A stretch of DNA of 64,000 nt from an uncultured Pseudoruegeria sp. (GTDB lineage: Bacteria; Pseudomonadota; Alphaproteobacteria; Rhodobacterales; Rhodobacteraceae). Positions 27,221 to 37,886 of this stretch are shown piece by piece. The position numbers were made by a program, and so were the translations under genes. The stretch covers positions 77,703 through 141,702 of the forward strand of contig CANMJD010000007.1 of assembly GCA_947498155.1 (NCBI GenBank), in the 5' to 3' direction. Position 1 is the first letter of the stretch. The number at the start of each line of letters is the position of its first letter. Below the pieces are notes generated by a model that made no database searches, was not told where the DNA came from, and worked only from the letters and a program-made list of their open reading frames with translations.

Positions 27221-28333
27221 ATGACCCAGAATTTTGAAATTGCCGTATTCGAAGGGGATGGCATTGGCCCGGAAATCACCGCCCCGACAGTCGAAATCCT
27301 GAAAAAACTGGCAGCGCAATCCGGCGGCTACACTCTTTCCTTTACCGATGCGCCTGCGGGTGCGGCCCATTACGCCAAAACCGGTGAATCGCTGCCCAAA
27401 ACATCCTTGGATGCGGCCCGCGCAGCGGATGCGATCCTGCTGTCGGCCATGGGGCTGCCTGATGTGCGCTATCCCGACGGAACAGAGATTTCGCCACAAA
27501 TTGAGCTGCGCAAAATCCTTGATCTGTTCGCCGGGGTGCGTCCGGTGACCGTGCGTGCTGGCCAGATGGGGCCACTGACCCTACCCGAAGGGCGCGACAT
27601 TGATTTTGTCCTGATCCGCGAAAGCACAGAGGGTCTGTTCTACAGTCAGGGCGCTGGCGAAGTCACCGAGGATGAAGCCCGCGAAACCCTGCGCATCACC
27701 CGGAAAACATCCGAAAAACTGTTCAAATTTGCGTTTAACCTTGCGCAAAACCGCAAAGACCAAGGCCGCAGCAAAGGCGAAGTCACCTGTGTTGACAAGG
27801 CCAACGTCTTTCGCGCTTTTGCTTTCTTCCGTGCGCTGTTTGATGCCGAAGCAAAGAAACACCCTGAGCTGACCGCCAACCATGCCTATGTCGATGCCAC
27901 CGCCCTGTGGATGGTGCAAAAACCATGGGATTTCGATGTGATGGTTACCGAGAACATGTTTGGTGACATTCTGTCCGATCTGGGGGCCGGATTGATGGGT
28001 GGCCTTGGGCTTGCCCCTTCTGCCGACATTGGCGAAGACCACGCCGTCTTCCAACCGTGCCATGGATCGGCCCCTGACATTGCAGGCCAAGGGCTGGCCA
28101 ATCCTTTTGCGATGATCCTGTCAGCGGCGATGATGCTGGACTGGCTCGGTACCACCCATAACAATGCCGCCCTGCTGGCCGATGGCAAACGCCTGCGCGA
28201 AGCCGTCGAGGGGATTGTCTCCTCTGGCACAGGCCTGACCCGCGATCTTGGCGGCTCTGCTGGCACGGCGGATGCGGCAAAATCTGTTGAGGCGGCCCTG
28301 TTTACCCCCGCAAGCACCGCAGCGGCCTCATGA
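27221..28333 (+). CDS. isocitrate/isopropylmalate dehydrogenase family protein (tartrate-dehydrogenase-like)
   Basis: ATG 27221 (track start 27098). FEIAVFEGDGIGPEI motif, then NMFGDILSDL and the rest of the family body. Confidence 0.8.
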   Translation: MTQNFEIAVFEGDGIGPEITAPTVEILKKLAAQSGGYTLSFTDAPAGAAHYAKTGESLPKTSLDAARAADAILLSAMGLPDVRYPDGTEISPQIELRKILDLFAGVRPVTVRAGQMGPLTLPEGRDIDFVLIRESTEGLFYSQGAGEVTEDEARETLRITRKTSEKLFKFAFNLAQNRKDQGRSKGEVTCVDKANVFRAFAFFRALFDAEAKKHPELTANHAYVDATALWMVQKPWDFDVMVTENMFGDILSDLGAGLMGGLGLAPSADIGEDHAVFQPCHGSAPDIAGQGLANPFAMILSAAMMLDWLGTTHNNAALLADGKRLREAVEGIVSSGTGLTRDLGGSAGTADAAKSVEAALFTPASTAAAS

Positions 28334-29355
28334 GCAGCCCAGAGCTGATCCGTGTTTGCTGTGTTGGGGCTGGCTATTTTAGCCAGTTCCACTACGGCAG
28401 CTGGGGCCGTATGGCAGGCGTTGATCTGCGTGCTTCGTGCAACCGCGACATCTCTAAGGCCAAAGCCACCGGCCTGACCGCCTATGATGATCTGGAACAG
28501 ATGTTAGCCGCAGAGACACCCGACCTGCTGGACATCATTCTGCCGCCCATCGCCCATGCCAGCACCATCCGCTTGGCAATCCGCCATGGCGTTAAAACCT
28601 TGATCTGCCAGAAACCCTTTTGCAATGACTTGGCCGAAGCCCGCCAAATTTGTGACGAAGCCGCCGCAGCAGGCGTCACCATCGTGGTGCATGAAAACTT
28701 CCGCTTTCAACCTTGGTATCGCGCAATCAAATCCGCCCTTGATGACGGGGCCATCGGCACTGTGCAGCAAGTGACCTTTCGCCTGCGCCCGGGGGACGGC
28801 CAAGGCCCTGACGCCTATATGGACCGCCAGCCTTACTTTCAGCAGATGGAACGGTTTCTGGTCCATGAAACCGCTGTTCACTGGGTCGATACCTTCCGCT
28901 ATTTGCTGGGCAACCCAAGTGCCGTCTATGCCGATCTGCGCCGGATCAATCCGGTGATCGCCGGCGAGGACGCCGGATATATCCTGTTTGATCATGCTGA
29001 TGGCGCGCGCGCTTTGTTTGATGGCAACCGCCATCTGGATCATGCGGCCGACAACCACCGCCGCACCATGGGTGAGGCCCTGTTTGAAGGCACAAAAGGC
29101 ACGCTGGAACTGATGGGCGATGGCTCTGTCTGGCGGCGCGCCTTCGGAGAAACGGACAAAAATCAAATCCTCGCACCGGATTCCCATGACGGATTTGGCG
29201 GTGATTGTGTGCATGCCTTGCAAAAACACGTCATTTCGGGCCTTCTTCAAGGCACACCCCTTGAAAACGAGGCCGCAGACTATCTAAAGGTCATCGAGAT
29301 AGAAGACGCCATCTACGACGCCGCCCAAAGCGGGCAAAAAATAAGACTGGAATAG
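28330..29355 (+). CDS. Gfo/Idh/MocA family oxidoreductase
   Basis: ATGA overlap with the upstream gene. Rossmann N-terminus IRVCCVGAGYFSQFH. Confidence 0.75.
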   Translation: MSSPELIRVCCVGAGYFSQFHYGSWGRMAGVDLRASCNRDISKAKATGLTAYDDLEQMLAAETPDLLDIILPPIAHASTIRLAIRHGVKTLICQKPFCNDLAEARQICDEAAAAGVTIVVHENFRFQPWYRAIKSALDDGAIGTVQQVTFRLRPGDGQGPDAYMDRQPYFQQMERFLVHETAVHWVDTFRYLLGNPSAVYADLRRINPVIAGEDAGYILFDHADGARALFDGNRHLDHAADNHRRTMGEALFEGTKGTLELMGDGSVWRRAFGETDKNQILAPDSHDGFGGDCVHALQKHVISGLLQGTPLENEAADYLKVIEIEDAIYDAAQSGQKIRLE

Positions 29356-29357
29356 AT

Positions 29358-30035
29358 TTGACAGACCCCGCTGAGAAACCGCAGTCAAATACGCAACGGG
29401 CCATTCAGGCCATGCGTCACATGATTTTTTCCGGTGAATTGACGGCAGGGTCTGATCATCTTGAAAGCGAGCTTGCGGACCGGTTGAACATGTCTCGCAC
29501 ACCGGTGCGCGAAGCGGCCCTGACGCTAGAAAGCCAGGGCTTGCTGGAAATGCGCCCCCGAAAAGGCGTGCGCATCTTGTCGGTCTCTCCGGATGATATG
29601 CGCGACATCTACGATGTGCTGACCGAACTTGAAGGGCTCTCCGCCCGCCGCGCTGCCAGCTTTGACTATTCCAACAAAGAACTGGAAAAACTCGCCACAG
29701 CCATTTCGGAAATGGAAGCCGCAATCGCGCAAGAGGATCGTGAAATATGGGCCGAGGCCGATGACCGCTTTCACGCCGAACTGGTCCATTTAGGTAAAAA
29801 CTCGCGGATCGAAATGATCGTCGCCATGATGAGCGATCAGGTCCGCCGCGCCCGCTCCATCACGCTGTTCATGCGGCCCCTGCCGACGCAATCCAACGAA
29901 GATCACCGCAACGTCTTTGAGGCCATCCGCTCTGGCAACGCCGATCTTGCCGACAGGCTGCACCGCGCCCACCGTGAACGGGCCCGCGATGTGATCCTAT
30001 CCCTGTTGGAGCGCCACCGGCTCAACCATATTTAA
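29358..30035 (+). CDS. GntR family (FadR/FCD subfamily) transcriptional regulator
   Basis: TTG start 2 nt after the upstream stop. wHTH region LADRLNMSRTPVREAALTLESQGLLEMRPRKG. Confidence 0.8.
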   Translation: MTDPAEKPQSNTQRAIQAMRHMIFSGELTAGSDHLESELADRLNMSRTPVREAALTLESQGLLEMRPRKGVRILSVSPDDMRDIYDVLTELEGLSARRAASFDYSNKELEKLATAISEMEAAIAQEDREIWAEADDRFHAELVHLGKNSRIEMIVAMMSDQVRRARSITLFMRPLPTQSNEDHRNVFEAIRSGNADLADRLHRAHRERARDVILSLLERHRLNHI

Positions 30036-30988
30036 CCGCGTTTGGGCACAACCTCATAGCCCGCTTCCTCTGGCTCATCATCGACCATTTGCGCCGGAAA
30101 CCCTGGCGCCTCCACCTGCAAGCCGGTGCTCTCTTCAAGGCGTTTGATGATATTTGGCGACAATTCGCGCGTGCCAAAGCGGGCAATCCCGTCCTTGAAA
30201 ATGTCGATCAGCAGCGGGTTAAGCTCCAGTGGCACCGCAGAGCGGTTCGCGACCTCCTGAAACAGCCCGATGTCCTTGAGCACCAAATCCATGGTGAAAC
30301 TGATATCGCGAGAACCATTCAGGATCACCTGGCTTTCAGTTTCATGCACAAAGGAATTGCCCGAAGAGATCCGGATCGCCTCATAGGCGGTGGCCAGATC
30401 CATCCCAGCGGCTTTGGACACCATCAGCGCCTCCGCACAAGAGACCAGATTGGCCGTCGCAAGGTAATTGGTCACCACCTTCAAAATGCTGGCCGACCCG
30501 ATATCACCGGTGTGTAACACCCGCCGCCCCATCGTCGTCAGCAGCGGCAGAATGCGGTCAAAAGTGTCGCGCGCACATCCGGCGAAAATGGCGATATTGC
30601 CGGTATCGGCCCGATGACACCCGCCCGACACCGGACAATCCACCGCCGCCCCGCCTTTGGCGGTTACCATCGCCCCAAGCCGTTTAACCTCGGCCTCATC
30701 GGTGGTCGACATTTCCATCCAGATTTTACCGGGCCCAATCGCTGATAACAGCCCGTTTTCGCCTTCTACGACCTCTGCAGAGGCCTGCGGGCTGGGCAGG
30801 CAGGTAATCACCGCATCGCAGTTTTCCATCAATTCCGCCGGGGTTTGCGCCGCCCATCCGCCCTGCGCAACCGCCGCGGCAACTTTAGCTGGATCAAGGT
30901 CCAACACCCCAATCTTATACCCGTTGCGCAGCAAACTGCCCGAAAGCTTGCCCCCGACATTCCCCAAACCGATAAATCCGATATTCAC
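30032..30988 (-). CDS. NAD(P)-dependent beta-hydroxyacid dehydrogenase (3-hydroxyisobutyrate dehydrogenase family)
   Basis: MNIGFIGLGNVGGKL dinucleotide fold. Confidence 0.8.
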   Translation of the reverse strand: MNIGFIGLGNVGGKLSGSLLRNGYKIGVLDLDPAKVAAAVAQGGWAAQTPAELMENCDAVITCLPSPQASAEVVEGENGLLSAIGPGKIWMEMSTTDEAEVKRLGAMVTAKGGAAVDCPVSGGCHRADTGNIAIFAGCARDTFDRILPLLTTMGRRVLHTGDIGSASILKVVTNYLATANLVSCAEALMVSKAAGMDLATAYEAIRISSGNSFVHETESQVILNGSRDISFTMDLVLKDIGLFQEVANRSAVPLELNPLLIDIFKDGIARFGTRELSPNIIKRLEESTGLQVEAPGFPAQMVDDEPEEAGYEVVPKRG

Positions 30989-31161
30989 ATTGTCCCCCGT
31001 TTCATCTGCGCTTTGATCACCCGATGCTGACCTGCGTCAAAAACGACGTCTGTCCTATTCGCGACCCGCCCCTCTCTGCATTGGCGCACCATTGCTGCGC
31101 AGTTCCGGCCATTGCCGCCCCCTGCTCCGAGTTCTATCTTTGACTTGAAAAGGAGGCCCCT

Positions 31162-32073
31162 ATGTCTATCCGCCCTGTCAAATCGATCTCTCACGCTGTG
31201 CCAACGATGGAAGGTGCTGGCGTCAAACTCCATCGCGCATTCGGCTTCGAAGACCCGACAATGCTCGATCCGTTTTTGCTGTTTGACGACTTCCGCAATG
31301 ATCGCCCCGAGGATTTCCTCAAAGGCTTCCCTTGGCATCCCCATCGCGGCATCGAAACCATTACCTATGTGCTGAACGGCACCGTTGAACATGGCGATTC
31401 ACTGGGCAATGAAGGCACGCTGTCTGCAGGTGATGTGCAATGGATGACGGCGGGTTCCGGCATCCTGCATCAGGAAATGCCCAAAGGAAACGACAAGGGC
31501 CAGATGCACGGCTTTCAACTTTGGGCCAATCTGCCCGCCAGCCTAAAGATGACGACACCGCGCTATCAGGATGTCGGCGGAGGCGAAATTCCGGAAATTA
31601 TCGATGATGACGGCACCCGCGTCAAAGTCATCGTCGGGCGCTTCTGGGGCAAAACCGGCCCCGTTGATGGCATTTCAGCCGATCCGCAATATCTCGACAT
31701 CTTTGTACCTGCCGGGGTGAAAAAGACCTTCAAGATCGATACCTACCGCAATGCCTTTGCCTATATCTTTGACGGCAGCGCCCGCTTCGCCGATGCCTCT
31801 AAACCGCGCGGAGTGTTGCTCGAAAAAGAAGTCCGGGGCGAAGAGCTGAACATCCGCGACCTATCGGGCGACCGTACTTTGGTGCAATTCTCCACCGGAG
31901 ATGAAATCACCGTTCAGGCGGGCGATACGGGGGTGCGCTTTCTGCTGATTTCCGGTGCGCCGATTCAAGAACCGGTGGCTTGGCACGGCCCGATTGTAAT
32001 GAATACCCGCGAAGAGCTGATGACTGCCTTTGCCGAACTGCGCAACGGCACGTTTATCAAACCGGCGCATTAA
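31162..32073 (+). CDS. pirin family protein
   Basis: AAAGGAGG RBS. HPHRGIETITYVLNG cupin metal motif. Confidence 0.85.
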   Translation: MSIRPVKSISHAVPTMEGAGVKLHRAFGFEDPTMLDPFLLFDDFRNDRPEDFLKGFPWHPHRGIETITYVLNGTVEHGDSLGNEGTLSAGDVQWMTAGSGILHQEMPKGNDKGQMHGFQLWANLPASLKMTTPRYQDVGGGEIPEIIDDDGTRVKVIVGRFWGKTGPVDGISADPQYLDIFVPAGVKKTFKIDTYRNAFAYIFDGSARFADASKPRGVLLEKEVRGEELNIRDLSGDRTLVQFSTGDEITVQAGDTGVRFLLISGAPIQEPVAWHGPIVMNTREELMTAFAELRNGTFIKPAH

Positions 32074-32135
32074 CTTTGTTCCGATAAATATCCCGGGGGA
32101 ATCGCCAAGGGCGATGGGGGCAGCGCCCCCGCCCC
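32072..32135 (+). repeat. REP-like intergenic repeat, copy b
   Basis: AACTTTGTTCCGATAAATATCCCGGGGGA..., then hairpins ATCGCC-aag-GGCGAT and GGGGG-cagcg-CCCCC. Confidence 0.7.
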
Positions 32136-32722
32136 TAAGATTTCAGAATGCGCCGCACCATATTTTCATAAATCCGGCTTAGCTTTTCCGCCTCAAAATC
32201 CGAATGTGTCATGCGCCACGTTTCCACGCCGGACAGAAGCGTCAGGATCGCCGCAGAGATCAACCCAACGTCCGGCACATGAAACACACCGGCCTCCCGC
32301 CCTTTTTCCAGAATGCCCTGTAACACGGCCTCATAGGCGGTGACATATGCCGCAATCTGCGCGGCATGCTCTGGCGTCAGCGCCCGTGCTTCATTGCGCA
32401 ACAATTGATCGGCAACGGCGTGGTCATGATGAAACGCAATGTGAAACTGCACGAAGGCTTTCATCGCCGCATTGGGGCTGGTTGCAACATCCAATTCGGG
32501 CAGAGCCGCAGCCCGCATCTTAAGGAAATCGAGCATCAACCCGAACAGCAGGCTTTGCTTGTCCTTTGTATGTAAATAAATCGCGCCCGCCTGCACCCCG
32601 ACGTCCGAGGCCAGTTGCCGCATCGAAACAGCGTCATACCCCTGCTCTGAAAACAGTAAAAGCGCAGAGGCTTTGATTTTTGCGCCGGTATCTTCGGCGC
32701 TGGTTCCGGTTTTACGTGCCAT
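32135..32722 (-). CDS. TetR family transcriptional regulator
   Basis: ATG 32722 (track start 32800). HTH region FSEQGYDAVSMRQLASDVGVQAGAIYLH. Confidence 0.8.
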   Translation of the reverse strand: MARKTGTSAEDTGAKIKASALLLFSEQGYDAVSMRQLASDVGVQAGAIYLHTKDKQSLLFGLMLDFLKMRAAALPELDVATSPNAAMKAFVQFHIAFHHDHAVADQLLRNEARALTPEHAAQIAAYVTAYEAVLQGILEKGREAGVFHVPDVGLISAAILTLLSGVETWRMTHSDFEAEKLSRIYENMVRRILKS

Positions 32723-32829
32723 GCCCCACATTGGAACTGAACACCCGTTCTTGCAAGCCTTCTCTTGCGGGAAAAGCCGCCGCCGCCTAAGACAGATCAA
32801 CCTATTCTTTAATTTCTTTCGGATTGCGT

Positions 32830-33069
32830 ATGCCCCGACTGGCTATTGCCCTGTTGCTCACAACCCTGACCAGCGCCTGTCTGGAACAGCCGGATCTGTC
32901 GGCCACACCGCCGCCCGCGCCGGACGACGAATTTCCGGTGCTGGCGCCGCTTGATACCCTGCAGTTGCCCGATGCAGATACCGCGCGCGCCGATGCTGTG
33001 TACAACGATCTGAACGCCCGTGGAGCCGCCCTTAGAAACCGCGCCACCGCCCTGCGGACTGCGCCGTAA
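32830..33069 (+). CDS. small hypothetical lipoprotein
   Basis: MPRLAIALLLTTLTSAC lipobox. No strong RBS. Confidence 0.4.
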   Translation: MPRLAIALLLTTLTSACLEQPDLSATPPPAPDDEFPVLAPLDTLQLPDADTARADAVYNDLNARGAALRNRATALRTAP

Positions 33070-33183
33070 ACGACCCCTTTGCTGCCCGTGGCACAGTGGC
33101 GGCAAAATCACCCGCCCCGACATTGCAAGGCCCATGGAATCCAGATAACAGGCGGGCAACCTAACAAGCTAACGGAGAACATC

Positions 33184-34470
33184 ATGACCCAACCCCTGCG
33201 CCTTGGCATCGCCGGACTGGGCACCGTTGGCATCGGCGTCATCAAAATTGTCCGCCAGAAGGCCAATCTTCTGGCCAGCCGCAGCGGCCGTCCGATTGAA
33301 ATCACCGCCATCTCTGCCCGCGACCGCAGCAAAGATCGGGGGGTGAACCTCGCTGATTATGCATGGGAAGACGATCCGGTTAAACTGGCGCAACGCGATG
33401 ATGTGGATGTCTTTGTCGAATTGATGGGCGGCAGCACCGGCCCGGCCAAGGATTCGATTGAAGCCGCGATTGCAGCCGGCAAAGACGTTGTTACCGCCAA
33501 TAAGGCGCTTTTGGCAGTGCACGGACAGGCATTGGCCGAAGCCGCCGAAGCCGAAGATCATGTTATTCGCTTTGAAGCCGCCGTTGCCGGTGGCATTCCG
33601 GTTGTGAAATCCCTGACCGAAGGGCTTGCGGGCAATGACATCGAGCGTGTTGTCGGGGTGATGAACGGCACCTGTAACTACATCCTGACGCGGATGGAAA
33701 ATGCCGGTCTGCCTTATGACGCCGTCTTTGAAGAAGCAAACCAGCTTGGCTATCTTGAGGCCGACCCGACCCTGGATGTCGGGGGTATTGATGCCGGTCA
33801 CAAATTGGCGCTCTTGGCGTCCATCGCCTATGGCACCAAGGTCAATTTTGACGGGGTGCATCTGGAAGGCATCCAGCGCGTTACCATCGAAGATATCGAA
33901 CAGGCCGCTGACATGGGCTTTCGGGTCAAGCTATTGGGCGTGGCCCAGATGACCGGGCGCGGCCTTGTGCAGCGGATGACCCCCTGTCTGGTGCCTGCGA
34001 GTTCTCCGTTTGGGCAGCTGCAGAACGCCACAAACATGGTGATGATCGAAGGCGACAACGTCGGTCAGATCGTGCTGCGCGGTGCGGGAGCGGGCGAAGG
34101 CCCGACAGCCTCTGCGGTGATGGGCGATGTGATCGATATTGCCCGTGGTACACGGGTGTCGACCTTTGGCCAGCCGGCCAGCAGCCTGCGGGACGTAAAA
34201 TCCGCCGCTGTCTCCAGTCCGGCCGCCTATTACTTGCGTCTTGCGCTTGAAGATAAACCAGGGGCTTTGGCCAAAATCGCCACGATTCTGGGAGAATCCG
34301 GTATTTCCATCGACCGGATGCGCCAATACGGCCATGACAATACCAGCGCGCCCGTGATCATCGTCACCCATAAAACCGACAGGCAATCACTGGATAATGC
34401 GCTTGCCGGGTTCCAAAATATAGACGTTCTTACAACGGAACCTGTCGCAATTCGTATAGAAACTCTTTGA
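33184..34470 (+). CDS. hom: homoserine dehydrogenase
   Basis: ATG 33184 preceded by ACGGAGA. LRLGIAGLGTVGIGV Rossmann fold, with a C-terminal ACT-like region. Confidence 0.9.
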   Translation: MTQPLRLGIAGLGTVGIGVIKIVRQKANLLASRSGRPIEITAISARDRSKDRGVNLADYAWEDDPVKLAQRDDVDVFVELMGGSTGPAKDSIEAAIAAGKDVVTANKALLAVHGQALAEAAEAEDHVIRFEAAVAGGIPVVKSLTEGLAGNDIERVVGVMNGTCNYILTRMENAGLPYDAVFEEANQLGYLEADPTLDVGGIDAGHKLALLASIAYGTKVNFDGVHLEGIQRVTIEDIEQAADMGFRVKLLGVAQMTGRGLVQRMTPCLVPASSPFGQLQNATNMVMIEGDNVGQIVLRGAGAGEGPTASAVMGDVIDIARGTRVSTFGQPASSLRDVKSAAVSSPAAYYLRLALEDKPGALAKIATILGESGISIDRMRQYGHDNTSAPVIIVTHKTDRQSLDNALAGFQNIDVLTTEPVAIRIETL

Positions 34471-34478
34471 TAACTTGT

Positions 34479-34500
34479 CCGCAGGGTATCCGCAGGGTAA
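34479..34500 (+). promoter_or_regulatory. tandem 11-bp direct repeat CCGCAGGGTAT/CCGCAGGGTAA upstream of glpX
   Basis: Two adjacent copies identical at 10 of 11 positions, 37-58 bp upstream of the glpX ATG. Confidence 0.35.
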
Positions 34501-34536
34501 ACCGGCGGTGGCCCAATTTAACTTGCAGGACTTTTT

Positions 34537-35499
34537 ATGACTGACCCTATCGAATTCTCCGACCGTATGTTGTCGCTCGGCTTAGCGCGCGTTTCTGAAG
34601 CAGCGGCCATTGCTTCCGCCAATCTTGTCGGGCGCGGCGATGAAAAAGCCGCCGACCAAGCGGCGGTAAACGCTATGCGTGACCAACTCAACATGCTCGA
34701 CATCAACGGCGTTGTCGTCATCGGCGAAGGTGAACGCGACGAAGCCCCGATGCTGTTTATTGGCGAAGAGGTCGGCACCGGTTCCGGCCCCGCCGTGGAC
34801 ATCGCCCTTGATCCGCTGGAAGGCACCACGCTGACCGCCAAAGACATGCCGAATGCGCTCACTGTGATCGCCATGGCCCCGCGCGGCACACTGTTGCATG
34901 CGCCGGATGTTTATATGGACAAGCTGGCCATTGGCCCTGGCTATGCCAAGGATCTGGTCTCGCTGGATATGTCTCCCGCAGAGCGCGTCAACACCCTTGC
35001 CAAAGCCAAAGGCTGCGGTCCCGAAGGCATCACGGTCTGTATTCTGGAGCGCCCGCGCCACGAAGACCTGATCGACGAAGTCCGTTCCACCGGTGCGGCG
35101 ATCCGCCTGATCACCGATGGCGACGTCGCCGGCGTGATCCACTGCGCCGAAGCCGAGATTACTGGCATCGACATGTATATGGGCTCCGGTGGCGCGCCCG
35201 AAGGCGTGCTGGCAGCATCGGCTCTGAAATGCATGGGCGGTCAGATGTGGGGCAAACTGTTGTTCCGCAATGACGACGAACGCGGCCGCGCCGCAAAGGC
35301 CGGTATCACCGATCTGGATCGCATCTATTCGCGCGATGATCTGGTGACACAGGATGTGATCTTTGCCGCCACTGGCGTGACCGATGGCTCCATTCTGGCC
35401 GGAATCAAGCGTGAACCCAATGCGTTGACCACAGAAACCATCCTGATGCGGTCCAAAACCGGTTCCGTGCGCCGGATGATCTATCGTAACCCTGTTTGA
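34537..35499 (+). CDS. glpX: class II fructose-1,6-bisphosphatase
   Basis: [18 protein letters not shown]...[14 protein letters not shown]...DPLEGT is typical GlpX. Confidence 0.9.
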   Translation: MTDPIEFSDRMLSLGLARVSEAAAIASANLVGRGDEKAADQAAVNAMRDQLNMLDINGVVVIGEGERDEAPMLFIGEEVGTGSGPAVDIALDPLEGTTLTAKDMPNALTVIAMAPRGTLLHAPDVYMDKLAIGPGYAKDLVSLDMSPAERVNTLAKAKGCGPEGITVCILERPRHEDLIDEVRSTGAAIRLITDGDVAGVIHCAEAEITGIDMYMGSGGAPEGVLAASALKCMGGQMWGKLLFRNDDERGRAAKAGITDLDRIYSRDDLVTQDVIFAATGVTDGSILAGIKREPNALTTETILMRSKTGSVRRMIYRNPV

Positions 35500-36062
35500 T
35501 GACACGTACCGGATTGCTGCTCATTGATTTTCAGACCGGCTTTCAATCGCCGGTCTGGGGGCAGCGCAACAATCCGGACGCCGAAAACAATGCTGCGCGC
35601 CTGCTGGGCGCGTGGCGCGACACGGGCCGCGACATTTTTCATGTCCGCCATATTAGCACTACCCCCGACAGCCCCTTGCATCCCGATCAAAATGGCACGA
35701 ATTTCATCCCGATGCTGGCGCCACAGGGGCCGGAACCGGTCTTTGAAAAGCAGGTGAACGCCGCTTTTATCGGCACCGATCTGGAGCAGCATCTGCGCCG
35801 TACAGGCATCACCGATCTGGTGATCTGCGGGCTGACCACGCCTCATTGTGTGTCGACCACCTGCCGCATGGCCGCCAATCTGGGATTTACCGTGACCCTT
35901 GCCCATGACGCCTGCGCGGCCTTTAGCGGCAATGCCGATACCGGCTGGGCGAACCTGGCGCCGATGGCGGCGGAAGATATTCACAATACGGCCATTTCCC
36001 ATTTGCATGGTGAATTCGTCACCGCCCGCAAAACCGCCGACATTCTACAGGATCAACCATGA
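35499..36062 (+). CDS. isochorismatase-family cysteine hydrolase
   Basis: TGATG overlap with glp[13 protein letters not shown] catalytic Cys motif. Confidence 0.8.
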   Translation: MTRTGLLLIDFQTGFQSPVWGQRNNPDAENNAARLLGAWRDTGRDIFHVRHISTTPDSPLHPDQNGTNFIPMLAPQGPEPVFEKQVNAAFIGTDLEQHLRRTGITDLVICGLTTPHCVSTTCRMAANLGFTVTLAHDACAAFSGNADTGWANLAPMAAEDIHNTAISHLHGEFVTARKTADILQDQP

Positions 36063-37798
36063 GCTTTCTGGGTGTTAAGACCTCTCTCAGCAATCGAAGC
36101 TGGCGCGGGCTGGATGTGGAACAAGAACGTCAGGCCGAGGCGATCCATCAGGCCACCGATCTGCCGATCCCGCTGACCCGTACCCTTGCGCGGCTGGCGG
36201 TGCCCACCGAAGAGGCGCAGCCCTATCTAACGCCCTCCTTGCGTGATCTGCTGCCTGATCCGCGCAGCCTGAAGGATATGCAAAAGGCCGCTGCCCGCTT
36301 TTTGCAAGCGGTCAAAACCAAGCAACGCATCGCCGTGTTTGCCGATTACGACGTGGATGGCGGCAGTTCTGCGGCGCTGCTGATCACATGGCTGCGCGAT
36401 ATGAACCGAACCGCGACACTTTATATTCCCGACCGGATCGACGAAGGATATGGCCCGAATGAACCGGCGATGGCCGAGCTTGCCGCCAACCATGATCTGA
36501 TTATCTGTGTGGATTGCGGCACGCTGTCCCATGATGCGATTGCAGCGGCCAAAGGCGCGGATGTGATCATTCTGGACCACCACCTTGGCGGCGAAACCCT
36601 GCCGGACTGCCATGCAGTCGTGAACCCGAACCGGCAGGATGAAACCGGCGATCTGGCGCATCTCTGTGCGGCGGCTGTGGTGTTCCTGATGCTGGTCGAA
36701 GCCAACCGCCAAATGCGCGATGACGGTGCCAAGGGGCCGGGTTTGATGGCCTATCTCGACCTTGTGGCGCTGGCAACCGTGGCCGATGTTGCGCCGCTGA
36801 TTGGGGTGAACCGCGCCCTTGTACGCCAAGGGCTAACGGTCATGGCGCGTCGTCAACGGGTCGGGCTTGTGGCCCTGTCGGATACGGCGCGCATGGATAG
36901 CGCCCCGACGCCCTATCACCTTGGCTTTTTGTTGGGACCGCGTGTCAACGCCGGCGGACGGATTGGCAAGGCCGATCTGGGTGCACGGCTTCTGGCAACG
37001 GACAACCTTCAAGAGGCCAAAGCCATGGCCGACCGACTGGATGAGTTGAACACCGAACGCCGCGACATCGAAGCAACCGTGCGCGCACAAGCCATGGAAC
37101 AGGCCGAAGCCCGCGGCTTTGATGCGCCACTAGTCTGGGCCGCCCAAGAGGGCTGGCACCCCGGTGTCGTCGGCATTGTCGCCAGCCGGTTGAAAGAAAC
37201 CACCAACCGTCCTGCCATTGTCATCGGTTTTGAAGACGGCATCGGCAAAGGCTCTGGCCGCTCGGTTAGTGGCATTGATCTGGGGGCGGCGATTCAGCGG
37301 CTGGCCAGCGAGGGGCTGCTGATCAAAGGCGGCGGGCACAAAATGGCCGCCGGTCTGACCGTGGCCGAGGACAAGCTTGACGCCGCGATGGAGAGGCTCG
37401 CCGCCCTACTTGCGAAACAAGGCGCGGCGGACATCGGCCCTGCCGATCTGAAACTGGACGGCATGTTGATGTGCGCCGCCGCGACGCCGGAACTGGTTGC
37501 CCAGATCGAAACCGCCGGTCCCTTTGGCGCGGGCGCCCCTGCCCCGCGCTATGCGTTTGCCGACCAGATGATCCATTTCGCCAAACGGGTGGGTGAAAAA
37601 CACCTGAAAATCACTTTTTCCGACGGGATTGGCCCCCGGCTTGAAGCGATTTCCTTTGGCGCATTTGATGGCCCTCTTGGCCCGGCGCTGGAAAATCACG
37701 GCGGCGCTCGGTTTCATCTGGCCGGACGGCTGGAGATCAACACATGGGGCGGTCGGCAAAAAGTGCAGCTGCGCCTTGAGGATGCCGCCCCCGTTTAG
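36059..37798 (+). CDS. recJ: single-stranded-DNA-specific exonuclease RecJ
   Basis: ATGA overlap with the upstream gene. DHH motifs [14 protein letters not shown] and ILDHH. Confidence 0.9.
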   Translation: MSFLGVKTSLSNRSWRGLDVEQERQAEAIHQATDLPIPLTRTLARLAVPTEEAQPYLTPSLRDLLPDPRSLKDMQKAAARFLQAVKTKQRIAVFADYDVDGGSSAALLITWLRDMNRTATLYIPDRIDEGYGPNEPAMAELAANHDLIICVDCGTLSHDAIAAAKGADVIILDHHLGGETLPDCHAVVNPNRQDETGDLAHLCAAAVVFLMLVEANRQMRDDGAKGPGLMAYLDLVALATVADVAPLIGVNRALVRQGLTVMARRQRVGLVALSDTARMDSAPTPYHLGFLLGPRVNAGGRIGKADLGARLLATDNLQEAKAMADRLDELNTERRDIEATVRAQAMEQAEARGFDAPLVWAAQEGWHPGVVGIVASRLKETTNRPAIVIGFEDGIGKGSGRSVSGIDLGAAIQRLASEGLLIKGGGHKMAAGLTVAEDKLDAAMERLAALLAKQGAADIGPADLKLDGMLMCAAATPELVAQIETAGPFGAGAPAPRYAFADQMIHFAKRVGEKHLKITFSDGIGPRLEAISFGAFDGPLGPALENHGGARFHLAGRLEINTWGGRQKVQLRLEDAAPV

Positions 37799-37839
37799 CC
37801 AGCGATCGAAAGTTTTTTCACATTCTCGCAAGAATCAGC

Positions 37840-37868
37840 TTGCGGAGTCCGCGCGGGTTTCCTAAATA
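37840..37868 (+). promoter_or_regulatory. putative promoter of tRNA-Glu copy 1 (TTGCGG-N17-TAAATA)
   Basis: Alpha-type -35/-10 hexamers with 17-nt spacing, about 19 nt before the tRNA. The same layout is seen at copy 2. Confidence 0.5.
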
Positions 37869-37886
37869 CCGCCGCACAGCAAGGCT

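Noticed and set aside
34582-35505. 307-aa minus-strand ORF
   Set aside because: It is antisense to glpX, which has unmistakable class II FBPase motifs.
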